DNA from: Malacoraja senta
Lineage: Eukaryota
DNA: 46,603 bases
Assembly: GCA_038087875.1 (NCBI GenBank)
Contig: JAXLNO010000206.1
Span: forward strand, 1-46,603
Direction of reading: 5' to 3'
Shown here: in pieces, positions 36,087-46,603 of the stretch
Layout of the letters: each line of letters opens with the position of its first letter
How positions within the stretch are numbered: position 1 is the stretch's first letter
Translations under genes and position numbers: made by a program
Notes under the pieces: model-generated
The model's input: only the letters and a program-made list of their open reading frames with translations
Databases searched by the model: none
What the model was told of the DNA's origin: nothing

Positions 36087-39000
36087 AAACCGCATAAACT
36101 TTTGGCTCGCCAGCTAAAAAAACGAGAAAAGGAACATACTATACCAAAGATCAAATCAGATAAAGGGGAATTATTAACAACACCGAAGGATATTAATAAA
36201 AGATTTGCGCAATTTTACGAGAATTTGTATACATCTAAAACGATAATTGATTCCAATAATATCACAAAGTTCTTGGATACCTGTAATCTTCCAAAGTTAG
36301 AGCTGAAGGAACAAGAGGAACTGGGTGCACAAATCTCAATTAAGGAATTAGAAGATACAATAAACTCACTAAAAAATGGAAAAACACCAGGCCCTGATGG
36401 ATTTACTAATGAATTTTATAAAAACTTTTATGATAAAATAATACCAAGATTACAAAAAATGTACCAATACGCTTTTAAAAAACGAATACTACCTGATACA
36501 TTAGCGGAATCAACGATTACATTAATACCTAAGAAAAATAAGGATTTAGAAGATCCTGGCTCATATAGAGCTATAGCATTGTTAAACACAGATCAAAAAA
36601 TATTAGCGAAAACATTAGCCAGAAGATTAAGTAAATACATTAGTAAATTAATAAACCCAGATCAGACAGGGTTTATCCCTAAGAGATACTCTTCTAATAA
36701 TATGAGACGTCTACTCAACATAATGCACTCACACAAATCTGAAGATCAAGAATTATCAATTATTTCGCTGGATGCTGAAAAAGCATTTGATCAAGTAGAA
36801 TGGAATTATATGGATAAAGTATTACAAAAATTTCAACTGGGAGAGAATTTTATTTTATGGATTAAGTTACTATATAACAAACCTACAGCTAGAATACTTA
36901 CTAATAACATATTATCCTCGAAATTTCAACTATCAAGGGGAAATAGACAAGGATGCTCATTATCACCACAGCTGTTTGCTCTCATTATTGAACCGCTAGC
37001 AGAAAAAATTAGAATACACCCTGATATTCATGGATATAATACTAAAGACTCATATAATAAAATATCTTTATACGCGGATGATATATTATTGTATATTACA
37101 AAACCTCAAATCACTATACCAAATATATTAAATTTAATTGAAGACTTCGGATCTTTTTCTGGATATAGAATAAATTGGAATAAAAGTGAAATTATGTCAA
37201 TAAAACCGAAAGATTCAACACATCTTTTAAAATTCCCTTTTAAAATAGCTACAGAAAAATTTAAATATTTGGGAATCGAAATTACCAGAGCATATCAAGG
37301 TATGCTCAGGGCAAATTTTGACCCCCTACTTAATAAACTGAATACATTAATTAAATTCTGGAAAACGCTTCCGATGTCTTTAATAGGCCGAATAAACGCA
37401 ATAAAAATGATCTTTTTACCACAAATTTTATACCTATTTCAATCAATTCCTATATACTTACCTAAGAAGTTTTTTAAAAAACTCGACTCAGATATCACTA
37501 ATTTTATATGGGACTATAAATCACATAGAATACAAAAAACCCATCTGAATAAATCTAAAGTATTGGGGGGTCTAGCACTACCCAATTTTATGTATTATTA
37601 TTGGTCAGTAAATATTAAAAACATGATTCAACTGATGGATAACTCCGCCCAGCAAGTAGACTGGATTGTAATGGAGAAAGAGGATTGCTCCTCTAGAAAC
37701 ATTGGAGCGATCCTCCTCTCTCCAATGAAATTGAATAACATAAACTATAATAAGAACCCAATTATTCATAGTACAATCCGTATTTGGAAACAAATAAAAC
37801 AAAATTTAAAATTAAGAAACTTATCACTTTTATTACCTATAGTCAATAACCCTTCGTTTAGTCCTTCTATTATAGATAAAGCTTATACACAATGGGATAG
37901 ACTAGGAATTAAAACGCTTGGTGACTTGTATGAAACTGGAAAATTACTTTCATTTCAACAATTACAAATAAAATATAAACTCGGAAATAATCAATATTTT
38001 AAATACTTTCAAATATGCAACTATTTGAAAAAATATATAAAAGATCATCATAATAACCCAGCAGATGTACTGGACGAGGCAATGCAGACAAAAGCGGAAT
38101 CAGCAAACTTAATATCATATTTGTACAATATTATCTTAAATGTACAAATACCATCTACGGAGGGTATCAGAAGAGACTGGGAACAAGAGTTAGCTATTAA
38201 AATTTCAAAGGAAAGTTGGAATGAATACTTATTAAAAGTACATAAATGCTCGATTAATGTAAGACACACTTTAATACAATTTAAAATTTTACATAGATTA
38301 TATTATTCGAAAACTAAAATTCATAAAATTTTCCCAAACGTATCATCTATTTGTGATAAATGTCAATCCCAAGAAGCAACTATAGCGCACTCATTTGTCT
38401 TCTGTACAAAAATTCAAAAATTTTGGAATGAAATTTTTGAAATCTTTACAAAGTTATTTAAAACAAGACTGATACCCAAAGCAGAATGGATTATCTTCGG
38501 AATAACGGAAGATGATCCAGAACTAAATGTGTTTCAAAAGAAATTAATGGATTATGGGTTAATAACTGGAAAAAAGCTAATTCTAAAATTTTGGAAGAAG
38601 GCTCCAATACCAACTATAAATATGTGGATTTCAAATATGTTTGAAACACTACACCTTGAAGAGATAAGACTCCTCCTAGCAGGTAAACCAGATCACTTCC
38701 ACCTGACGTGGTCTGCATTTATAGAATTATTACAAACATAGGGTGCAAAAGTACTTTAAAAAAATAAAAAATTGAGGTCGGGTAAGGGGGGATGATAGTT
38801 GAAGAGTTGGTATGTCCTATTTACGTGATGCTCAAAAAAAAAAAACATTTGTTTTTCTTTTTTTCTCTCTCTCTTTTCTTTTCTTAGGTCCTATTTCTTA
38901 ACTCTTTTTCTTTTTGTTTTTAATTTCGCTCTCATAGGGTCCTCGTCCTTTTTTTTTGTTGTTACATTTTCTACACTTTTCTACACTTGCACTTTTTCCT

Positions 39001-39135
39001 TCACTTTCTTCTCTCTTTCAATCTTTTCTTTCTTTAGTGTAAAAAAAATAAATAAAGGGAGTACATTAATTGTAAGAAGATATAAATGACGAGTATTAAT
39101 GTATGTGGCTGTGATGTAATGTATTTCTAATAAAT

Positions 39136-39175
<40 letters not shown>
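36087..39175 (+). mobile_element. L1 element C, 5'-truncated, young
   Basis: 11-bp TSD tttctgatctg (36076-36086 / 39176-39186); AATAAA followed by a pure poly(A) at 39144-39175. Confidence 0.95.
36102..38741 (+). CDS. Uninterrupted 879-codon L1 ORF2 fragment (linker, RT, CCHC); lacks the endonuclease and a true start codon
   Basis: KTPGPDGF, SLDAEKAFD, GNRQGCSLSP, YADD, CDKC...H...C. Confidence 0.9.
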   Translation: MARQLKKREKEHTIPKIKSDKGELLTTPKDINKRFAQFYENLYTSKTIIDSNNITKFLDTCNLPKLELKEQEELGAQISIKELEDTINSLKNGKTPGPDGFTNEFYKNFYDKIIPRLQKMYQYAFKKRILPDTLAESTITLIPKKNKDLEDPGSYRAIALLNTDQKILAKTLARRLSKYISKLINPDQTGFIPKRYSSNNMRRLLNIMHSHKSEDQELSIISLDAEKAFDQVEWNYMDKVLQKFQLGENFILWIKLLYNKPTARILTNNILSSKFQLSRGNRQGCSLSPQLFALIIEPLAEKIRIHPDIHGYNTKDSYNKISLYADDILLYITKPQITIPNILNLIEDFGSFSGYRINWNKSEIMSIKPKDSTHLLKFPFKIATEKFKYLGIEITRAYQGMLRANFDPLLNKLNTLIKFWKTLPMSLIGRINAIKMIFLPQILYLFQSIPIYLPKKFFKKLDSDITNFIWDYKSHRIQKTHLNKSKVLGGLALPNFMYYYWSVNIKNMIQLMDNSAQQVDWIVMEKEDCSSRNIGAILLSPMKLNNINYNKNPIIHSTIRIWKQIKQNLKLRNLSLLLPIVNNPSFSPSIIDKAYTQWDRLGIKTLGDLYETGKLLSFQQLQIKYKLGNNQYFKYFQICNYLKKYIKDHHNNPADVLDEAMQTKAESANLISYLYNIILNVQIPSTEGIRRDWEQELAIKISKESWNEYLLKVHKCSINVRHTLIQFKILHRLYYSKTKIHKIFPNVSSICDKCQSQEATIAHSFVFCTKIQKFWNEIFEIFTKLFKTRLIPKAEWIIFGITEDDPELNVFQKKLMDYGLITGKKLILKFWKKAPIPTINMWISNMFETLHLEEIRLLLAGKPDHFHLTWSAFIELLQT

Positions 39176-39181
<6 letters not shown>

Positions 39182-42076
39182 ATCTGTATTTAAAAGTGCA
39201 ATTGCTCTATATGATCCCGGGTCTTCCGGATCTTTATCAGCTTTAGGAATAAGTGTTATTATAGATTCATTTAAAGTGTCTGGAAGTTTCTGTTGAGTAT
39301 AGATATACTCATACAGTCTTTGTAAACGTGGGCAAAGCAAATCATAATTTTTTTTATAAAATTCGGAGCCTAAACCATCTGGTCCTACTGCTTTACCATT
39401 TTTTAAAGAGCCAATAGACTCCTCAATATCTTTTATGGTAATCTCCCTTTCTAATAATTCTCTATCGTTTGAATCTAAACCTTTTAAATTACATTTTAGT
39501 AAAAAATCTGCTATTCCTTCTGATTGTCCTACGGTTGAAAAAGCATTTGATCAGGTCGAATGGTCTTATTTATTTTCGGTGATGGAAAATATGCAGCTAG
39601 GGGAGAAATTCTGTACATGGATAAAACTGTTATATACAAATCCCATGGCTAGAATATTTACAAACCAAAGGTTGTCATCTAAATTTAGCCTATCTAGAGG
39701 TTGTAGACAAGGATGCCCGTTATCTCCATTATTATTTGCGCTTGCTATTGAGCCACTTGCAGAAAGAGTCAGGGGGCATCCGGAAATACACGGATATAAC
39801 ACAAAGGACACAGTGAATAAAATTTCTCTATACGCAGATGATGTATTAATTTACATTACAAAACCAGAAATTAGTATTCCAAACTTATTAAAGCTAATAA
39901 CCCAATTTGGTTCACTTTCAGGATACAGAATAAATTGGAATAAAAGTGAAATTATGCCAATAAGGGAACATAACAAACAGATAATACAACAATTTCCATT
40001 TAAAATAGTAAAGGAAAAATTTAAATATCTAGGTATTTATGTAACTAAGATATATACATCATTATTTAAAGCAAATTTTCCACCATTACTGAATAAACTA
40101 CATAAGAATATTCAATACTGGAAAACACTTCCTATCTCAATGGTTGGCAAAATTAATGCCATAAAAATGATTTTTTTACCGCAAATATTATACCTTTTTC
40201 AGACAATTCCGATATATCTGGCAAAAAACTTTTTTTTAAAACTGGACTCTATTGTTAATGATTTTATCTGGGATTATAAGAATCATAGGATAAACAAAAG
40301 ACATTTGTGTAAATCAAAAATAAATGGAGGCTTGGTTTTACCCAACTTTTTGTTTTATTTCTGGGCAGTTAATATTAAAAATATGAATTTCTGGTTGGAA
40401 GAAATAGATCATCAACCAGATTGGTTAAAAATGGAAAAGGAAGATTGTTTACATTTTGATATCGGCTCGATATTATTTGCTACGTCTAAATTAAACAAAA
40501 AAATTTATAGGGAAAACCCTATAATATTTAGTGCTATACGAATTTGGAAACAATTAAAAAAGACATGAAAATTAGATAATTTATCACTTTTTCTTCCAAT
40601 TGTGAATAACCCTTTGTTTAAGCCTTCATGGTTGGACGGGGGTTTTACACAATGGAAGAATTATGGAATTAAAAATATGGGACAACTTTACAAGGAAGGC
40701 ACTTTTCTGACATTTCAGGAGTTGCAACAGACTTATGGACTTCGAGGAAATGATTATTTCAGATATCTTCAACTTAGAGATTATGTAAAATCGAATACTC
40801 AAAATTTTCGAATTAGAAATTCAGAAATTCTTGATGAATGTTGGAACAAACATCCTAATACAGAAAAATTAATATCTTATATATATAATATCTTATTAGA
40901 CAGTGACATTCCATCGACGGACTTACACAGACAAACATGGGAAAAAGAATTAAATCAAATAATAACGAAAGATACTTGAGAAGAAAGTTTGCAACATACA
41001 TCAATGTTCATTAAATGCCAGACATTCTCTAATACAATTTAAAGTAATACATAGGTTACATTATTCAAAAACAAAACTACATAAATTTTTTCAACATATC
41101 TCACCTATATGTGATAAATGTCAACATTTAGAAGCTACCTTATCTCATATGTTTGCAAACTGTATAAAAATTAAAAAATTCTGGGTAAATATTTTCAGTA
41201 TAATATCTAAAGTAACCAGCACACAATTGGACCCAGATCCAAAATTAATAATACTTGGAATATTAGAATTAAATCAAACATTTAGAACAACACAAAGAAA
41301 CTTTATTGATTATAGTTTAATAACAGGAAAAAAATTAATTCTAAAATTTTGGAAAGGCCCTACGACCCCCACAATCAAAATGTGGATTATAGAAATGACG
41401 GAGACCTTAAACGTGGAAAGAATCAGATTCTCCCTGTTGGACAAACAGGAATTATTCGTTGGAACATGGTCTCCTTTTATTGATTACTTAAAGGGTCAGA
41501 ACAGTTCAGCACAGGAACCTGACTAGCACCCGGGCTAAAGAATGGATGAAATGCTATATTTAGAAATGTACGAATATATCTCGAATGAAGTTTTCTATTT
41601 TAATAAATTTTTCCATTCTTCTTTAACTATCTTTTTTCTTTTTTTTAAATTTATTTTTTGTTTTTTGTTTTTCTTCTCTTTCTTTTCTTTCTTTACTTCA
41701 TCTTTCTCTTTAGTTCTATTTAGTTTTAAAAAAAAGGCAAAAGGTATTGGAGACAATGTAATAATAATTGACAATATTATCAATTTAAAAATGTAAGACT
41801 GTAATGATGTAACTAGGCTGTGTACATATCTCCAATAAAAAAATATTTTAAAAAAAAATAAAAAATAATAAAGTCTAAAGTCTGCGGGCAAATGAGATTA
41901 GCTCAGGTGGGGCATTTTGGTCAGCATGGATGAGCTGAAGGGCCTGTTTCCATGCTGTATGATTCTAAATGCTGGAAATACTCATCCTGCCACATCTGTG
42001 GGACAAAAACAGAGGTAATGTTTCAAAGAAAAACACCCCAAGGACATGGAGTGTTACCATTTCAGTTCAAATTTTA

Positions 42077-42280
42077 AGCTGTGGAAGGAACTGCAGATGC
42101 TGCTTTACACCGAAGGTGGACACAAGGTGCTGGAATGACTCAGAGGGACAGGCAGCATCTCTGGAGAGAGGGAGTGGGTGACGTTTCGAGTCGAGACACA
42201 GTCTGAAGAAGGTTCACCCATTCCTTCTCTCCAGGGATGCTGCCTGCCTAAGTTACTCCAGCATTTTGTGTCTACCCTTC
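42077..42280. repeat. Palindromic Penelope-terminus-derived repeat
   Basis: gacacaaggtgctgga...ggcagcatctctggagag / ctctccagggatgctgcc...tccagcattttgtgtc arms around remnants gacgtttcg and agtctgaagaagg. Confidence 0.7.
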
Positions 42281-42295
42281 ATCAGAGTTGTCTCT

Positions 42296-42607
42296 TCTTC
42301 TTCTTCTTGCATGTGGCGTGCACAGCCTAAAGCTTCAAGAGAGAGCTAGATAGGGCTCTTAAAAATAGCAGAGTCAGGGGATATGGGGAGAAGGCAGGAA
42401 CGGGGTACTGATTGGGGATGATCAGCCATGATCACATTGAATGGCGGTGCTGGCTTGAAGGGCAGAATGGCCTACTCCTGCACCTATTGTCTATTGTCTA
42501 TTGTTGTAGGACAACTTGTTCTATTTGATCTTATTTGATTGTGCACGCCGGGTTGATTGCATTCGTCGAAACAGGGCTGACCACGTAAAGGTTGCAATCT
42601 TCCATCC
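42296..42607 (-). mobile_element. Short (~140 nt) non-autonomous retroposon with (GAA)n tail and HDV-like ribozyme head; contains an inserted CR1 tail (~42333-42503)
   Basis: 13-bp TSD cagagttgtctct (42283-42295 / 42607-42619); minus-strand tail gcaagaagaagaagaag. Confidence 0.8.
42555..42607 (-). ncRNA. HDV-like self-cleaving ribozyme fold, partly decayed
   Basis: GGAUGG-AA-GAUUGCA-ACC-UUUACGU-GGU-CAGCCCU-G-UUUCGA-CGAA-UGCAAUC. P2 pairs 7/7, P3 pairs 3/3, L3 is 7 nt, J4/2 is CGAA, and P1 has two mismatches. Confidence 0.7.
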
Positions 42608-43130
42608 AGAGTTGTCTCTGAATATGCATGACCCAAATGAATATGGCTATTCTGATAATGAATCTGGTCTTTACTTTAAAATTTAATACAAAGCCTGTGA
42701 ATATACTGCAGCATATTTAAATGTTCAACTAATGAATTTTCTAATAGCTTTTATTCTAAAAGTAGCTAAACACACAATAGAAAAACATTTTCAATTTTAT
42801 TTTTGAAAATTAGATATACCTGTAAATCCTTCAAAATTTAATCTCATCCTTGTCCAGAAAATTGATTACCTGTTAATATTCCAGTCACAAATGTATGAAA
42901 TAAGCACACAATACTTAAGTACAGATAAGTACCAAGAGCGTGACACAATATCAGCCAACTGCTATTTTTCCCCAAGGTACAAGATGTTCCAAAATAATGT
43001 CCTTTATTTTCTTGTTGCTTTTTAGTAATGGTTTCTAATTTACCTGTGCTCAGAAACGTATTTAGTACTATTTCCACAATATTGCAAACTTTTCATGCTC
43101 TAGTTCTTGCAAATATGATGCAAATAGATG

Positions 43131-44029
43131 AGGCTCTCACCATGGTCTCTTCTATACCCCGTGACTCTGCTCTCACTTCCCATCCCCCCACTCGTAACAA
43201 GGGCAGAGTCCTCCTTATCCTCACCTTCCACCCCACCAGCCGTCACATACATCAGATAATCCTCTGACATTTTTGCCACCTCCAATGGGTTCCCATCACT
43301 AGCCACATCTTCCCATCCCCTCCCCTTCCGGCTTTCCGCAGAGACCGCTCCCGCTGTAACACCCTGGTCAATTCGTCCCTTCCCACCCAAACCACCCTCT
43401 CCCCTGGTACTTTCCCTTGCAACCGCAGGAAATGCTACACTTGTCGCTTTACCTCCCCCCTTGACTCCATCCAAGGACCTAAGCAGTCTTTCCAGGTGCG
43501 GCAGAGGTTCACCTGCACCTCCTCCAATCTCATCTATTGCATCTGCTGCTCTAGGTGTCAGCTGCTCTATATCGGTGAGTCCAAGTGTAGGCTTGGTGAT
43601 CGCTTCGCCCAACACCTCCGCTCAGTTCGCAATAACCAACTTGATCTCCAGGTGGCTCAGCACTTAAACTGGTCCTTCCATTCCGAATAGGACCTTTCTG
43701 TCCTGGGCCTCCTCCATGGCCAGAGTGAGTCCCACCGCAAATTGGAGGAGCAGCACCTCATATTTCGGTATGAACATTGACTTCTCCAATTTCAGGTAGT
43801 GCTTGCTTTCTCCCTCTTTCCCCTCCCTTCCCAGTTCTCCCACAGCCCACTGTCTCCGCCTCTTCCTTTCTTCTTCCCGCCCCCCCCACCCCCACATCAG
43901 TCTGAAGAAGGGTCTTGACCCGAAACGTCACCTATTCCTTCACTCCATAGATGCTGCCTCACCCGCTGAGTTTCTCCAACATTTTTGTCTACCTTCGATT
44001 TTTCCAGCTTCTGCAGTTCTTTCTTAAAC
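43131..44029 (+). mobile_element. Penelope-like element 3' fragment with GIY-YIG endonuclease
   Basis: PCNRRKCYTC...FTCTSSNLIYCICCSRCQLLYIGESKCRLGDRFAQH; 16-bp flanking duplication atgatgcaaatagatg (43115-43130 / 44030-44045). Confidence 0.92.
43898..43935 (+). ncRNA. Minimal type I hammerhead ribozyme-like motif in the Penelope terminal region
   Basis: CTGAAGA-a-gggt(cttg)accc-GAAAc-GTC core; stem I is weak. Confidence 0.55.
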
Positions 44030-44253
44030 ATGATGCAAATAGATGGTGCGTTTTCCTGGTCCACTGGCAATCTGGGCAAATTATTCTTCTAACTCTGCAA
44101 CAACAGTAATAATGACAAGTGTGACAAAGAAGATTTGAAAACAGCTTGCATTACATTATACTAACAGTGAGAGCTGTTTATCTTTTAAGCTTAGACTGAG
44201 GGAATTAGGAAGGGAACAATACTTACTACGATTATAACTTACTAATACTTACC

Positions 44254-44385
44254 GTCTGAAAAAGGGTCTTGATCCAAAAGTCACCTATTCCTTTTCTCCA
44301 GAGATGCTGCCTGACCCGCTGACTTACTCCAGCTTTTTGTGTCTATCTTCGGTTTGAACCCAACATCTGCAGTTCCTTCCTACAC
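44254..44385 (+). repeat. Solo Penelope terminal repeat fragment
   Basis: Homologous to 43900-44025, with a degenerate hammerhead core. Confidence 0.75.
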
Positions 44386-44472
44386 AATATTTACTAATTA
44401 AGTGATACTAGACTGATTATTCATGAGGGGAAACAACTTCGAAAAAGTTGTCATCATTTCGGGCATTTCTTA

Positions 44473-44792
44473 CACGGTGGCACAACGGTAGAGCTGCTGC
44501 CTTACAGAGCTTACAGCGCCATAGACGGGTTGAATCCCGACTACGGGTGCTGTCTGTATGAAGTTTGTACGTTCTCCCTGTAACTGTGTGGGTTTTCTCC
44601 GAGATCTTTGGTTTCCTCCCACATTCCAAATACATACAGGCTTGCAGGTTAATTGGCTTGATGTATGTGTAAATTGTCCCTAGTGTGTGTAGGATAGTGT
44701 TAGTGTGCGGGGATCACTGGTCGGTGCGGACTCGGTGAGCCGAAGGGCCTGTTTCCGCGCTGTATCTCTAAACTAAACTAAACTAAACTAAA
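44473..44792 (+). mobile_element. HE1-like SINE
   Basis: Homologous to 7358-7678; (ctaaa)n tail. Confidence 0.88.
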
Positions 44793-44811
44793 TTTCCTTA
44801 ACCTTAATGGG

Positions 44812-45155
44812 ATAATAATAATAATAATGGATGGGATTTATATAGCGCCTTACTAATACTCAAGGCGCTTTACATCGCATTATTCATTCACTCCTCAGTC
44901 ACACTCGGTGGTGGTGAGCTACTTCTGTAGCCACAGCTGCCCTGGGGCAGACTGACGGAAGCGTGGCTGCTAATCTGCGCCTATGGCCCCTCCGACCACC
45001 ACCAATCACTCACACACATTCACACACATTCACACGCAGGCAAAGGTGGGTGAAGTGTCTTGCCCAAGGACACAACGACAGTATGCACTCCAAGCGGGGT
45101 TCGAACCGGCTACCTTCCGGTTGCCAGCTGAACACTTAGCCCAATGCGCCACTTG
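44812..45155 (-). mobile_element. tRNA-derived CORE-type SINE with L2-like 3' tail
   Basis: Minus strand: gtggcgcattggg A box, ggttcgaaccc B box, gtgtccttgggcaagacactt CORE-like block, gtaaagcgccttgag...aaggcgctatataaat tail, then (att)n. Confidence 0.8.
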
Positions 45156-45454
45156 TGCATAATTTTCAACCCCCACCCAAACCCCCACCCTAATTGCAAG
45201 CTAAAGACAGACCCAATGTTATCAGGAGCAAATTGTGGGCATTGACCCTGGAAATTATCAGGAATTTGCATCCATTAAAACATTGTAACCCAGAATGAAT
45301 TATCCAATGAATCTGCTTTTGAATGATTTCATCTGAAAATTAAATACTTTATAAAAACATTGGGGTAGACGTTTGTTCTTCGTTATATGTGCAAAATACA
45401 TCATAGATTAAAATAGGTGATTCAAACTCTGCTTCCAAAATATAATCCCAATGA

Positions 45455-46195
45455 AGTCATAGAGTTATAAAGCCATGGAGTCATAGAGTTTTACAATGTG
45501 GAAACAGGCCCTTTGGCCCAACTTGCCCACACGGGTCAACATGTCCCATCTACACTAGTCCCACCTACCTGCGTTTGGCCCAAAATCCCTCTAAACCTGT
45601 TGTACCTGTCTAAATGTTTTTTAGACATTGTGATAGTATCAGCCACAACTACCTCATCTGACAGCTCATTCCATACAGCTACCACCCTTTGCATGAAAAA
45701 GTTACCCCTCAGATTCTTATTAAATTCCCCCCCCCTCACCTTAAGCCTATGTCCTCTGGTTTTTGATTCCCCTACTCTGGGCAAGAGACTTTGAGTATCT
45801 CCCCGATCTATTTCTCTCATGATTTTATACACTTCTATAAGATCATCCCTTCATCCTCCTATGCTCCAAGGGATTGAGTCCCAGCTTGCACAACCTCTCT
45901 CCAAAATTTAGGCCGTCGAGTCATGGCAACATCCTCATAAATCTTCTCTGCACACTTTCCAGCTTGATAACATCTTTCCAATAACATGGAACCTAAAACT
46001 GAACACAATACTCTAAATGCGACCTCACTAACATCTTATACAACTGCAACATATCCTCCCAACCTCTATACTCAATACTTTGATTGATGAAGGCCAATGT
46101 GCCAAAAGCCTTTTTTTTACCACCCTTCCTACATGTGATGCCACTTTCAATGAATTATGTACCTATATTCCTAAATCCCTCTGCTCTACAACAGT
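45455..46195 (-). mobile_element. CR1 LINE 3' fragment
   Basis: ESKTRGHRLKV...FFMQRVVAVWNEL; (ctatga)-type tail. Confidence 0.88.
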
Positions 46196-46603
46196 TGGGT
46201 TTTAAAAATTGCAAGTTCTTCTTCCTCGTGTCCGGCCATCTTCTATATCACGTCTTTCCGGTCGGTCAGTGACGGTTGACGGTCGGTGGTTGCAGAATTG
46301 GCTACTTCAGTCAGTCACTGTGTTACAGTTTCTGTCGTCAGCATTGCCCGGGATGCGCCACGTGGAGGCTTCTGCTTGCAATTGCAAGTTAATGCATATT
46401 ATAGAGGATAATAAAATAATAAATCATTTATTTTATATTTTTAAATGCACTATTTGTACTTTTTGGAAACAGCACAACAAAAATTAAAATCACACTTTAG
46501 CTGCTAAATGTGTTTGCTATTCTAGATACAGGGAAAATCACAGCATCTTTTTTCTTGCACAGTGCACTTTGAAAGCACAGATATCTATTTTTACACAGTC
46601 AAT

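Larger units (their letters stand above)
35971..41868 (+). mobile_element. L1 element D (family of A) with 5' inversion: inverted part 35971-36086 and 39176-39522, forward part 39536-41868
   Basis: 15-bp TSD taaagtctaaagtct (35956-35970 / 41869-41883). The inverted part is the reverse complement of L1-A ~15151-15592; the forward part matches L1-A from ~15665. Confidence 0.92.

Noticed and set aside
43044..44094. Minus-strand exon disrupted by the Penelope insertion
   Set aside because: Splice-like ends exist, but all three frames contain stops after removing the insert.

Overview
Eukaryotic genomic DNA, mostly transposable elements. The repeat set (CR1 LINEs with an SGNH-esterase ORF1, HE1-like tRNA SINEs with CR1 tails, AT-rich fish-type L1s, Penelope, Rex1/Babar tails) suggests a cartilaginous fish, probably a skate or ray (inference). 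No intact host gene can be called. Main contents: a decayed hAT (Buster/Charlie-type) transposase and a non-autonomous Helitron carrying two minisatellites. There is a four-level nest (Rex1/Babar fragment > full-length CR1 > two L1s > DIRS tyrosine-recombinase retrotransposon with an adenine-methyltransferase-like domain and near-perfect terminal repeats/ICR). A second four-level nest is CR1 > SINE > 5'-inverted L1 > young L1 with an 879-codon ORF. A Penelope fragment carries a hammerhead-like motif. The most notable item is a ~140-nt TSD-flanked retroposon at 42296-42607 whose 5' end fits an HDV-like ribozyme fold. Two weak minus-strand candidate host exons are also noted.
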